This document shows, one piece after another, positions 13,847 through 25,935 of a stretch of DNA of 64,000 nucleotides; the first letter of the stretch is position 1, and every line of letters begins with the position of its first letter. The stretch spans positions 3,224,001-3,288,000 of the forward strand of contig OZ234494.1 of NCBI GenBank assembly GCA_965153455.1, written 5' to 3'. The stretch comes from Sphagnum compactum (Eukaryota). Position numbers and translations under genes: made by a program. The notes beneath the pieces were generated by a model, which did no database searches, was not told the origin of the DNA, and saw nothing but the letters and a program-made list of their open reading frames with translations.

Positions 13847-14217
13847 CAGTGCGGGTGGGTTTTTAACAAGCACCAATTTTGAGTATTTGGAAAAATCAAA
13901 ATCAAATAACCAATGATTCCAAATATTTGAGGAAAAAAAAATCAGAATCAAAGAACTGTTGATTCCCCCCAAGTATTTCAAAAACTTCAAAAAATCATCA
14001 AGTTTAATGACAGACTCATTAATTTTCTAAGCAAAAAAATAATTTGATTTTTTCAAAAAATAAATAAAAACCATAGCTATAAATAACAAAATGATATTTT
14101 CATTTTTTTAGATAACAACAATTTTATATTAAAACCAAGTATTTGATTTTTTGATAATTGTGATTATTGATACGTAGTAGGGGTTTAGTGCAAGTTTTAA
14201 TATATGCTCTCACTTTG
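13847..14217. mobile_element. Possible hAT-type non-autonomous element
   Basis: Begins CAGTG. Flanks GTCCTCAT / ATCCTCAA resemble an 8-bp TSD (6/8). AT-rich interior with repeated AAAATC motifs. TIRs are poorly conserved. Confidence 0.35.
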
Positions 14218-17200
14218 ATCCTCAATTAAAGTCGTTTTGAGTTATTTTCTGTGCTAGGGACAAAACTGCAAGTCAAACAATCAAATGCGGCAAGTTTATT
14301 TGCAAGGGAGGTATGACAATACGTGATATAACTGGCCACTCTTATTCAATAAAATGATTCCACATTGTTGGTGTGACCATGAATATTCGAAGTGTTTTTC
14401 GGGTCTCTTCTTGCCATTGAAAGCTTTCTTCTTTTAACAACAAACAAGGTTCAAAAAAAGATTTTTGCTCCCTACAATTGGTTATATACCCCGAATACAC
14501 TATCGGTTTTATATGATGTTATGGTCTTAACGTTTTATCTCGAAATAAAATATTTCTCTCACAACATTTTTTTTCAATAAAAAATTGTTATTTTTAGACT
14601 CAATAAAAAATTTATTGACAACAACAAAATGTATTGCAAAAAAGAGAGCAAATTTTTGCCAAGGGAAAATAGGATTTAGGGTTTGACTTTTGACAAATGC
14701 ACACCTTCTTGGAGACATCTGAAACATGAATAAGCCACCCCAGCGGCCCATAAGGTGTGCAAGTGTGAAACAGGCAGGCACATAGGGCACTTGGAGGCAT
14801 TCTATTGGTGAAAAGAAAATCTTGTATTGTTTGTGAGACGCTTCCAATGACTAATTTTTGTGTGTGTGTGTGTGTGTGAGATGCTATTTTAGAGAACATG
14901 ACAAAAGTGACATTCCCTCAAAGGCTTGTCAACAAAGCATGAGTGCATGAGACCAAGGCACATGTGGAGGGATGTTATTGGTGAAGCAAATATCTTTGGG
15001 GGATTGGGAGAGGGGTGGGGTAGGGAGAGGTGTAATAGATTTGGGCATAAATAACGAAGTGTGAATGGACTACTCAAGGGTTAGTTTGAGAGTTTTCCCC
15101 ACAAGATGACAAGTGGTCATCCAAGGGCTAAACAACAAGGGGGTTATGTTAATATTGGCGAGTAAAATAATAATGTCCAACACAACACGTTGGAAAAAAG
15201 GACATTCCAAAATCTAGTGGAAGCAAAAGGAAAGGGGGAAAAAGGGTGATTGAAGAAGAGATGGGGGTTTGGTGCACCAATTCATGCTTCCCAACGCAGC
15301 AAAAGCAACCCCCTACCCTTTGTTAGGCTAATCTACTCGTACCAATAAAGAGCAAAGCACACCATTTTAGTTTATTGAGTAAAAAAAGCAAGCAAATGAG
15401 CATATGACTGAATGGCATTTCATCCTATATGGCTATTTGCCTCCATCATACATAGGTAGTCTTATTGTGCATAAAGAGCACAACAAGATTGGACAACCCT
15501 CTTTCAAGGGTTTCATCCAATGTAAGTTATCCACGTGGGTGCGAGGCAAGGGTTGAGGCCAACAAAGGCTAACCCTTATTTGGTAGGAAGATAGGTTAAA
15601 GTAACATCTCACATGGGCTAGCCTAGTGGTGAGCTCAACACCATTTGCAACTTGCAAGGTAAGTTACTCACTACTGACCACGTATCAATAACACATCACT
15701 AACACACAATAAATTATTGAGTTTACAAAACTGGCGACATTTGACTCATGCAATAATAGGCAAAGTGATTGACTTGACCTTCTACCTTATACAACAACAC
15801 TATACATTGCCTCCCCTAAAGCACCCGCCAAATGTTTCAATGTATGTGGAGGGCACAGTATCTAGTGGAACCTATCCGACACATGCGACATGGCATTTAA
15901 AAAAATGAAACACCGTGTTATTTTAGAGGGCATTTCACTTCTAGTGTGGGCGATTTCGATTTTCAAAACGCCTGCCTCGTGTTTTATTAAATTTTAATTT
16001 TCCTGCGATACCTTGGCAGGTACCCACCAAGAAACAAAGGAAAAATAGAAAAAATAGCAAACCACCCAGACCAATCATTCTGATTGACAATTCAGAAAGA
16101 GTGAGCAGCAGTCAGATGCAACAAAAGTTTTTGGTTGCTCACATGACCGTGCAAACAAATTTTTTTATTATGTATTAACATGGCGTGATCAGCAAAGGGC
16201 ACAGGTGACCCCCCTTGAGTTATTTTGCATGCTTTCTATAAGCAAAGGGTGTCACCTTTCATAGGCCGTTTCTATTTTGATTGCAGGTGAGAACTCTTCT
16301 AGACTTTTTGTTTTCCGGAGGTATCCCATCCCTTTCTCTATTTTATAGGCTTATTCTGAATGAGCTTTTGAACATGATTCGTTCATTTGCTCCTGGGTGA
16401 CCCACTTTGGGTTTTGTCCTCTCTCTTTTTCCTTCTTTTTTCCCTTTTACTGGGTGCTTTTGTTTTTAGGTGTTTGCCATAGTTTCATCATCTTTAAACA
16501 CTGGTTATATATAAAGAAAATATAGGATTAGTGTAGAAAATCTACACAAAATATACACAGTTTCTGGAATAGGCTAATGCCTAGGCATGAAAAAAGCTTC
16601 TATGGTTAATTAGACAGTTATTATAATGGGAGCTTTCAATTGTTTTGAGGAGGTAACTTCAATAAATTGGCACCTAAATGTTGTAATAATTATATAGGCT
16701 TGCTCCTTGGTGGAAAGGAAAAAAATTGTGACCAATGAAATTGCTCAAATAAGTGCCTTGAATTGTTTCAAAGAGTTGCCTTAATGAACTACTAGTATTT
16801 ACATATTTGCATGCAATGAACATGCAAATTGCTAAGAGCTTCCAACAACAATTTGGGATTTTTTTCACATCATTTTCTGATTTTCTAAAATTAAAAACTT
16901 GCACTGATGGAAAGAAATCCATTGCAGAAGGAAAAGCCACAGACAAGAGCCAAGGGAAACCATCACTCTCTGATTTTGGAGATTTTATAAAGGAAGTTCC
17001 TCATAGTAACAACAAGGGTTCTGGCACAATACTTGTGCAGTTCTGTTTCTAAGAAGGACAAGTGGTCATGGGTTGGTTCCTCTTGTGGTTCTACCAGTTC
17101 CACTTGTGATGTGAATAAACACTAAAATGAATAGGGATGATCATGGTACAAGCCTGATCGGGGGCTTTACTTTGGAAGTGTAGAAAATACTCATGAAGGA

Positions 17201-17374
17201 TTTCAACCAGATTAGGCTACCCATCATTTGTTAAGTGGGATCTCCAATGCCTCCTCGGGTACCATGTTGAAATCTGAAATTCATTTTGTTTTATTGGACG
17301 TGTGCTTAGTAGGATCCCATCATCCCCGGAGGAACTCAAGCAATTAGTGTTAAATGTTTATCTCGCCCTTGTAA

Positions 17375-17731
17375 GAGCATCTCCAGTGGTGCTCAGTATG
17401 TGACTCTGCAAAAATATTTTTCACATCCATGTTAAGTAATTTACTTTTTTGCAACCCCACCCATAAAACCGAAACCTGGATAGGTGGAGGACTACTACCA
17501 GCAAACCACCTGGACCAATCACTATGATAGGGCCAATCAGAATCACTCATCAGTAGTAGTCAGATCCTATTTATTACACTCTTTTCTGTTGCTGTGGCGT
17601 TTACCAGTCACCGCAAACTGTGCAATCATTCTCAGCCAAACTATTTTCCTGAGGAAAACCGGCATATTTTGACATTTCTTCATCCAATTTTAGTGTGCAC
17701 GATCACATGTAGAGCACCCCTGGAGATGCTG
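17375..17731. mobile_element. Tourist-like MITE (PIF/Harbinger)
   Basis: TIRs GAGCATCTCCAGTGGTGCTC / GAGCACCCCTGGAGATGCTG (18/20), with TAA on both flanks. Confidence 0.85.
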
Positions 17732-18810
17732 TAACAATGGTAAATATTGAATACTATACAGTGAGGGAGCATTTAAATATCATATGGGTCAAGTGTTGTG
17801 CTGGCAAATTGATAGTAACCGATGTGTGACCAATCATTCTGGCTGGCCAATAATAAGTTGTCTTCTTTTTTTTTCCCATGCTTGGGGTATTTTGCATGAA
17901 TTTGCAAGAGTTGAGCCCATTTTCACACCATTTTGTCCATGACATAATCCAAAATTTCATGTACATTTCATGAAAATCACCTACCTAGGTAAAGAGCATA
18001 ATAAGGCAAACTTTAGGATGACCCTTTAAACATAGGTAAATCGCAAAGGCGGTAGGAGCAATAGGCATTATTTCCAATACGAAGTGCCCTCCGTATACAC
18101 TAGGAAAGTTCTTAAAGTGCATTATGGATAGGGCATGAATATGATCTCCATCATTTTCTTTGGTGGGACAATAAGATCAAAGACATTTACACTTTATCCA
18201 AAGCTAGCATAAGGAAGAGCTATTCTCCAATTTAATTACCAAAGGTACCATAAGACTCAGCAAAAGGCACGACACCCTTCAGTTTCAAAAGGGGGTGTGC
18301 GTTACCATAAGGTGTGCACTTTGAAAGAAGAGAAGGGTCAACAAAGTTTGTAAGGTCCGTCCACCGGAGCCCATGTGGTATCCTACTTTCATGAGCTAGC
18401 TATAGGCACTACTAATATGTGCCCTAAGATCAGTAGTGCCTTCACCAATGCCCAAAGCAGTTGTCTGTAGGGCACTGCAAAAAAACCCTAAACCTTGAGG
18501 GAACAAAAATAAAATTGTCTAAGCAATTTGGATAGGTACATTATTTTGAACCAACCTTGATTGACACACATGTACTAATTAAAAGAATTATTAATCAATT
18601 ATGTCTTTTTTTAATTTTATAAATTGGGGTTGGTAATGATTTTCATAATGGTGCCATTACTAATGAACCAAGAATTTGGAAACTACTTTAGAGGCCTATC
18701 TTTCATGTACTTCAAATTGAACAATATAATGGAGCACACACAACAAATCAACCTAGCCCGTAAGCTAGAGGTGTGGTGATTGTGTCGGTAGTGCATGATG
18801 CATAAAGCAC

Positions 18811-18908
18811 GTCTTCCCTTGTTGCCATGTTTCCTTTGTGAAATCTTTGTGGTCAAGCCGGTCTTCCCTTGCCCATGTTTCCTTTGTGAAATCTTTGTGG
18901 TCAAGCCG
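18811..18908. repeat. Tandem duplication, 2 x ~49 bp
   Basis: GTCTTCCCTTG..CCATGTTTCCTTTGTGAAATCTTTGTGGTCAAGCCG at 18811-18860 and 18861-18908. Confidence 0.9.
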
Positions 18909-19340
18909 ATAAGGCCACATGTGTAACTTTGGCCCTAATGAAAAAGGGAGATGCCATTTCTACAATAGGAGATGGATCCACATCCTCAAAGCCAAGCACT
19001 CGGTTTGCCCATCATGACAAGGATATTCACTTGTTGTGAACCCTAAACCCTAAACGACTCCCTCTTACCCTTTGTCGTCATTGACATGATCTTCTATGTG
19101 CAACTTCGGAAGTTGCCACGTGTCAATGGCATGGGTTTTTCATAGGCTTCAAGTCTTGTATAAGATGCCCAAAGAACTCTCTCGAACATAAGTCACTGAA
19201 CTTGAACAAGAAAAGACACTCATAGGAAAGCCTGATTACAGCATGAAGTTAAGATGGCTTTTCACGCGATGGGAGAATTCCAACATAATTTGTATCCTTC
19301 GAAAATTGCCAGGCTCCACCTTCCTTCATGCAAAAACTAA

Positions 19341-19555
19341 GGCCCACTTTACACTAGGAGTCAAGGCCAATGTTCAAATCAAATCAAGCATTCCTATTGG
19401 TGCAAAAGTTGAAATCAGCCCCCAAGGGCTTTAATATCCTGACATCAATGTTCTAGCATTTATTGGTAACTTGGGGGCCAAACAACAAGCCAAAAATATG
19501 CTCAAAGTTGTTCCCAAGTTTTTTCAGCCGTGTGACTCGTAGTATAAAGCGGGCA
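19341..19555. mobile_element. Tourist-like MITE (PIF/Harbinger)
   Basis: TIRs GGCCCACTTTACACT / AGTATAAAGCGGGCA (12/15), with TAA on both flanks. Confidence 0.65.
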
Positions 19556-21094
19556 TAAGGTCTGGGTGCCCATACAAGGACTAAGATATGGCATGGGATT
19601 TTTCACAGATATAAAATAAATACTCAATCTATTCCACCATACCTTTAAAAATGGGATTGGACATCTGGTTGTTGCAAAGGTGGATGATGATAATAGAAAT
19701 AGTTAGAAGGATCAGCCTTTTTTTTGGGTGGTTATATATAGCCAGAAAGCTATATTAAAAATTAAAAGTGCTAAATAAATAATGAAAAAAAATGTTTTAA
19801 ATAGCAAGAATTTGTACCAAATTTTAAGAAATATTGCCAGACTTCTTCTATACATGGTTGAAGTAGGCAGCCAATAAGAAAGAAGGATGTTTAAAAAAGT
19901 TTAATTTCACATTTGGCTTCAGATCATTGCAACTTTGGTTACATCAAAAAAAAATTGAGCAAAACAAGCATTGGGAAGGATCCTTTTTCACTTGAAGAGA
20001 CAAGGAGACTTGAGGATGCTTCTATCTGGAAGTAGAGATGATGCCACCAATACCTCCCTGACAAAGCAAATCTACATGTGCTATGTGGACACTAAGACTA
20101 AATTTAACTCTTTTTGGGCCTATGACAGAACCCAAGAAGACTTCTCCCACAAGAATCGACAATTTCACTCTGAAAAAGTGGGGAGTTGCCCATGTGGGAT
20201 GAGTTAGAAAGAAAACAAAAGGCTCTTCTTGCTTGGCCTAAAGCTTATCGTCTATTCCACTTGTGGAAAGCCCAAACCCGCACAAGAGTTAAATTAGGAA
20301 ATGTTTGGGCAAGCTCGTTTGTTTTAAAAAAAAAGAAAAAAGGAAGAACTGACATTTATTAACACCTGGTGAACATTCCTCAAAACTTGGTGGGACCAAA
20401 TGAAGCCTCCCCTAACTATGTAAGACCTTCACTAGTAGAGCCAACAAACCCAAAACCTGGATGACTTTGGGGGCATCCATTGACTTCATATAATACATGA
20501 CAAACTTTATTCCAAGAGAACACAAAGAAAAGAGGGAAAAAGCATCTCCTTTTGCACTTTTGGTCTTTGGTTGAATTTTAAAACTAGACATATGGTAGAG
20601 AGTTACTATGGCTTGACACAAATTCTCACACTTCTACTACTCTCTTATCCTTTCACAATTAAACATGATTGTTCAAAAAACATGGCTCAAATTGTGTGTA
20701 CAAAGGGCATTGCTTTTTCCAAATACCTTTTGTTGAGTTACGATGTAGAAGACGAGCTTTTTTGAAACTCCAAGGGACTCCAAGGAGGAGTCATCGGGTC
20801 TAGCACCTAACTTCCCAAAGGAACCTTAAGAAGTGTTTTTAACTACATTAACGAAGACGGCTTCACAAACAAACCTCACTTGTGGACCTACATTGTTAGG
20901 CAACTTTGGCCACTTTGGAGTGTGTGTGTGATAAGCTTTCATGGGTCTTTGAGTGCTATGTAAGACCTGCGGAGGACTGGCCAAACTAAGGTGCTCATCT
21001 GATGTGGCAGCATCAAATTTTGGTAACACCCCTATCAAAGGGCCTTCTGTGTGTGATGAATGACATGTCACATGACATCTGGCAGCAAGATACG

Positions 21095-21312
21095 GGTCAT
21101 CACGGGCAGGCCCTTATGAAATGTGTAAGGGCCATGATATCTCACAACCTAGATCCTTTCATCAAAGGCAGGCAGGCCCTTATGAAATGTGTAAGAGCCA
21201 TGATGTCTCACAACGTAGGTCCTTTCATCACAGGCAGGCCCTTATGAAATGTGTAAAGAGCCACAATATGCGACGGCCAAGATCATTTCACCACAAGCGG
21301 GGGGCCCTTACT
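21095..21312. repeat. Minisatellite, ~3.3 copies of a ~62-66 bp unit
   Basis: GGCAGGCCCTTATGAAATGTGTAA occurs three times with homologous intervening sequence, plus a partial fourth copy (GGCCCTTA). Confidence 0.85.
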
Positions 21313-22477
21313 ATTGTGTAGGAGCCCACCAAGAACCAGAAGATGACCTCCAATGCCCGAGGGAGGGAATCGTACACATATAAGGCACTCTCTCTCTCGT
21401 TACACTAGGAAATCTCTGAGAGGTTATATCACGGAGGAAAAAGTCTCAGAATTTTTAGGAACTTTTTTTTTTAAAGGCTCTTTTACGAAGAATCATTTTC
21501 AATTTTAAATTTTAATTTGGAACAAATGGACAAATCCATTTCACAGAGAGAGAGAGAGAGGAGCCAGTACATTTTCACAAGTTTTGAGGAGCTTTTTTTC
21601 AGGAGGAATATATTTCACAAGTTTTCAGGATCTTTTGAGGAGTTTTGAAAGAGCTTCTATGAATAAATTATATTAAATTAAATTAAATTAAAAGCAAGAC
21701 TTCTGAATCCGAGTTCAAGGATTGAAGGAGACCTTCAAAATGAAAGAATGATTGATCACGCTAAGGATGAAAAGTATGATGTCGTATTGGATGATTGTGC
21801 TAATGGAAGCTTTGACCTAACAATACCCTTGTTAAATATAATTTCCTTCTTTCCCTAACAACTACCCTTTCAAAAAAAAACTTATTTTGGGTCATTGTGA
21901 AAGAAAATTATTTCTTCAATAAATTTTTTTTTATCATTATCATTTTTATTTTTATACTCTGTCATTTTTTAAAAGACTTTTTAATCCACTTGAAAAAAAC
22001 TATATATTAAAATCACCTTCAAAATTTTTTGTCATTATCCCTTCAGCGACCCTTGGCATGCTCTTGGCATGCTCTTTGGTGAAAAATGGAGTATGTCCAA
22101 GCAAAGCACAAACACCAGATGATGATGCGTGACCAAATATAATTTGTTTTTTCATGATGGGTTGGGGTCATGGGTGGCCGTAAGGTAAGGTTCTATATAG
22201 CTGAACAAACAGGCAGGGACAAAATTGGATGCCTTGACACCCTTCTCTCTCTTTAGACTCGTTTACTCTTTCCACACGAGGAAGAAAACAAACTGAAATC
22301 TACCATTTACTAATAACACATGTACTATGTTAGTCAACCTCCTCGACCGCTCTAATGGCCCCAGAATCCATGTATTAAGATAGATGTTTGTTTTGTGATC
22401 ATGTCTTTACCCGTCCCAAACAATGGGCCCTTGCTGCACTTTTGGTACCTTGGAAAGCCCTGAACGAGATCGATCGT

Positions 22478-22850
22478 GTGTGCATGTTTGTCGTTTTATA
22501 ATTTCTGGACCAACAACAGAGCAAAAGTCATTGAATTTCTAGTGATTCCAATGCTACAAAAGCCAATGGGAAGACAAAAGGATCCCAAATTCTAAACTAC
22601 CTGGTCTGTTGTGTTTTCAGCAAAAGAGAGAAGAAAAAACCCTCCCACCCTCCCAAAAAGAAGAAAAAAAAACCTCCCCATTTATTTACACTTTGATTTG
22701 TGCATGTTTGTCGTTTTGCAATTGTTTGGACCAACCCGGAGCAAAAGTTTGTTAAATTTGGAGAGGATTTTCATCTCTCTGGAAGAGTCTGATGCTACAA
22801 AACCAACAACAAAGACAAAGGATCCCAGATCCTACAACCTGGTCTGTGTT
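22478..22850. repeat. Diverged direct duplication (~130-150 bp, two copies)
   Basis: TGTGCATGTTTGTCGTTTT...GGACCAAC..GAGCAAAAGT...ATGCTACAAA...AAGACAAA(A)GGATCCCA...ACCTGGTCTGT at ~22478-22610 and ~22698-22850. Confidence 0.8.
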
Positions 22851-23945
22851 TTTTTTGGCAAATGAGAACCAAAAACTAAAAGAAAGAAAGAAAGAAAGAA
22901 GAAAAAAAACCCCATGATCGGCCCTTTCTTTGTGTTGTTGACTATCAAAAGTGCTACTGCTGCTGGTCACTGTACTCAAGGCAGCAATAGCTGCTGGTGC
23001 TGCTAGCTTTGTTTGTTTGTTGATTTGCTTGTTGGTTTGTGTTTCTGGATCATTATCATGATGATTCGCTTTCCTAGTGTTACAAAAAGTGGGCTGGGCT
23101 TTATGGAATAGATAAGAGAGAGAGAGAGAGAGAGAAGAGGGAAGTTAAGGACTGGCACCGCCACCACCGCCCCTTTTAACAACCTTTGTTTTTACGTCCT
23201 TAATTAAGTTTTTGCATTACAATAACCGTTATTTTTTATTTTTTCTCTCTCTCGCGCTCTCTCTCCCTCTCGCTCTCTCTCTCTCTCTCGTTTCTTTTTC
23301 TTTCTTTTTTCTTTCTGGTTTTTTTTTGGTTTTGGGGGTGATTTCTCATTAAGCTTTCCCAACAACAAGCAAAAAATGTGGATGTTGTTGAGGGAAAAGA
23401 AAGCTTAGAGAAGAGATTAGAGAAGCGATGGACTTATTTGAGACTTTAAACCACGTTATGATTTTAAAATTATATTAATTTTTTTCCCATCTGCTTTATT
23501 TTATTTTTGAAACCTCTTTTGTTTGTTGGTTTTGTTGTTGATTTATTGTCAGATTTATTGCTAATTTGTTGTTGTTGTTGTTGTTGGTTTTTATTGTTAA
23601 ATTTATTGTTAATTTTGTTGTTGTTGGTGGAGTTGTTGTTTGTGTGTTTTTTTTTTTTTGGGTTTGTTTTGGGTGTCGATGTTGTTTTGCTGTGGTTGGT
23701 TTCTCCCTGTGATGTTTTTGTTTGTGTGCGCTTGTGTGTGTTGTGTGTGTTTTTGGTCTCTGCTGGTGGTGGTTTTTGTCTCTTGATTGTGGAGAAAATG
23801 GATTTGTTGGCAGATACATACGATTGAGAGAAAGAGAGCTGAGGGTCGAGAAAATGAAGGTAACTAGGATCTTCTTTTTGTGTAGCGTGTTTGCATTGAC
23901 TTGAATTGGAGATCTCTAGTAGCTACATACTTGTCTCTGATGAGT

Positions 23946-23986
<41 letters not shown>

Positions 23987-24476
23987 TTGTGATGATGCGT
24001 TGTGAGGATGAGAGATCGATTTTTGGCATCGCCTTGTGTAAAGCGTGGAATTCGTGGTCGCGAAACTGGCGGCTGGAGTGGCGGAGAAGACGAGCAGGAG
24101 GAGGAGGAGGAATTGTTTTGCGATCAAAGAAGAAGGAGAAGAAATCATTTCAGAAAACCCACCTCCTACCCTGGGCGTTGTGAGATAAAGCTTCTCATAC
24201 AATGTTCTCAGTTTTGTGAAGATCACGGCTTTCTTCCTGAACCACCAGCGAATTGGCCGCGCAAGAACAAGAATTACAACCCCCCTTGTTGACTCACGCT
24301 CAGAAATGCATGTATCTATCTACCTAGCTATCTATCTATCTAGAGAAAGATAGAGCGAGAATTCTCGAACTGAAATCTAAGTCCAGGGACGGATGCTGTT
24401 CTCGGCGAGTGTTATTGAGAACCGCAGAGATTGTAGCAGGCAGGCTGGCGAGACGAGCAGACAGACGAAGAGCACA

Positions 24477-24813
24477 GGCCATGAATGAACGAGAGAGAGG
24501 CTCTAGAGCAGACGTCATGAGGAGCTTGGCCAAGGCCGTGAGTGAAACGAGAGAGAGGTTCTAGAGCCGACATCACGAAGAGCTTAGCAAAGGCCCCGTG
24601 AGTAAACGAGAGAGAGGCTCTAGAGCGGCCGTCCCGAGGAGCTTAGCAAAGGCCGTGAGTGAATGAGAGAGAGGCTCTAGAGCGGACGTCAAGAGGAGCT
24701 TAGCAAAGACAGTGACTGAGAGAGAGGCTCTAGAGCGGACGTCAGGAGGAGCTTAGCGAAGGCCATGATAGAATGAGAGAGAGAGGTTCTAGAGCGGACG
24801 TCACGAGGAGCTT
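24477..24813. repeat. Tandem array, 6 x ~57 bp, upstream of NCED
   Basis: Consensus GGCCGTGAGTGAA-GAGAGAGAGGCTCTAGAGCGGACGTCA-GAGGAGCTTAGCAAA, six copies. Confidence 0.9.
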
Positions 24814-24877
24814 TTGGTGTGTGTGTGTGTGTGTGTGTGTGTTTGGTTTTTTGTTAGTTTTTTTTTTGGGTGGCTTT

Positions 24878-25270
24878 TACGTGGCTTTCCCAACGATCGA
24901 TTATCGGGAGACCATGAAGTACGCCGCATTCTGCTCCAAGGTAAGAGCTGTTACCTCCAGCTCAAGGTAATAGGTGGAGGGTCCGTCCGTAAGTCCGGCC
25001 GTTACGCACGCCGCATTCAGCTCCAAGGTTTGGCGTTCTACAAGCAAGGAAGCAAGCAAGAAGACGGACAGATCGCGCAGTAGCCGCAGCAGCAACAGAG
25101 TAATTCGGATGATAACTTACTTGGAGAGAGATCGTGCGAGGAGTCAGTCGGAGCCAAACTGGGACCCGCCCGCTTTGTGAACCACCACCACCACCACCAG
25201 CGCCGCGCATGGACTCACGACAGATGGTGCGCGTGGCAATCCACCTGGCGACATGGCGGACCAGCTGGCG
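24878..25270 (+). promoter_or_regulatory. Putative ABRE/CE3-like elements in the NCED promoter
   Basis: TACGTGGC at 24878-24885 (ABRE consensus) and CGCGTGGC at 25230-25237 (CE3-like), in a GC-rich region 0.7-1.05 kb upstream of the ATG. Confidence 0.4.
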
Positions 25271-25935
25271 CCCAAGCAGTGGAAGCAAACCCCACCACAA
25301 AAGCCTCAAAGTGGGTCGCACCCTTGTGCAAGAGCGAAACTATATGAGCAATTGCAAACCGCTATTCTGACTTGTGCCTCTCACTCGCAGTTGTCAACCC
25401 ACCCACACAATCTTTCCCAACGGCCTCCAACTGTTTTCTGCATGCTCATCAGCCCCCGCTCCCTCGCACCCTCCCAGCTGCTGCTGCTCTGCTCTGCTCT
25501 TTTGCTGCTTCTCGTGCTCCTCAACTGCACCACCCACCACCACCACCTTTAAACACCCACCACTTCTTGTTTAGAGTCTGAGATCTCCTCCAAGTCACTC
25601 TCCTTCTCAAGGGCTTCTTGAGGTCTCTCCTCTTCATCAATCACCCATTCATTCATCTTTGATATTTGTGAGTGCATGATCATCATCAAAGGTGGTGCAA
25701 GAGAGAGAATATATGAGCAGTAGCAGCACAAGGCTATGAACCAGCTTTTGTGAAAGACAAATTTTGTTCAAGAACCCAAGCAGCAGCAGCAGCTGAGGAG
25801 GGAGGAGGGCCAGCCAGCTAGCCAGCCCCAGGTGGTGGTTGTTGTTGTTACAAGTTGCAACTGAAACCCACATTGTGACCCGGGCCCAGTGCATCGCGAG
25901 CTTCTTGTGCTTGTGCTTTACACTTGGAGGTGGCA

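Noticed and set aside
21095..21312. CRISPR-like repeat/spacer appearance
   Set aside because: The linkers are homologous to one another, there are no cas genes, and the context is a plant nuclear genome.
21383..21403. Resemblance to miR535/miR529-type GA-rich sequences
   Set aside because: Imperfect match driven by a (CT)n microsatellite, with no convincing precursor hairpin.
23496..24292. ORFs of 79-120 aa
   Set aside because: Low-complexity translations of (GTT)n, (GT)n and (GA)n microsatellites.
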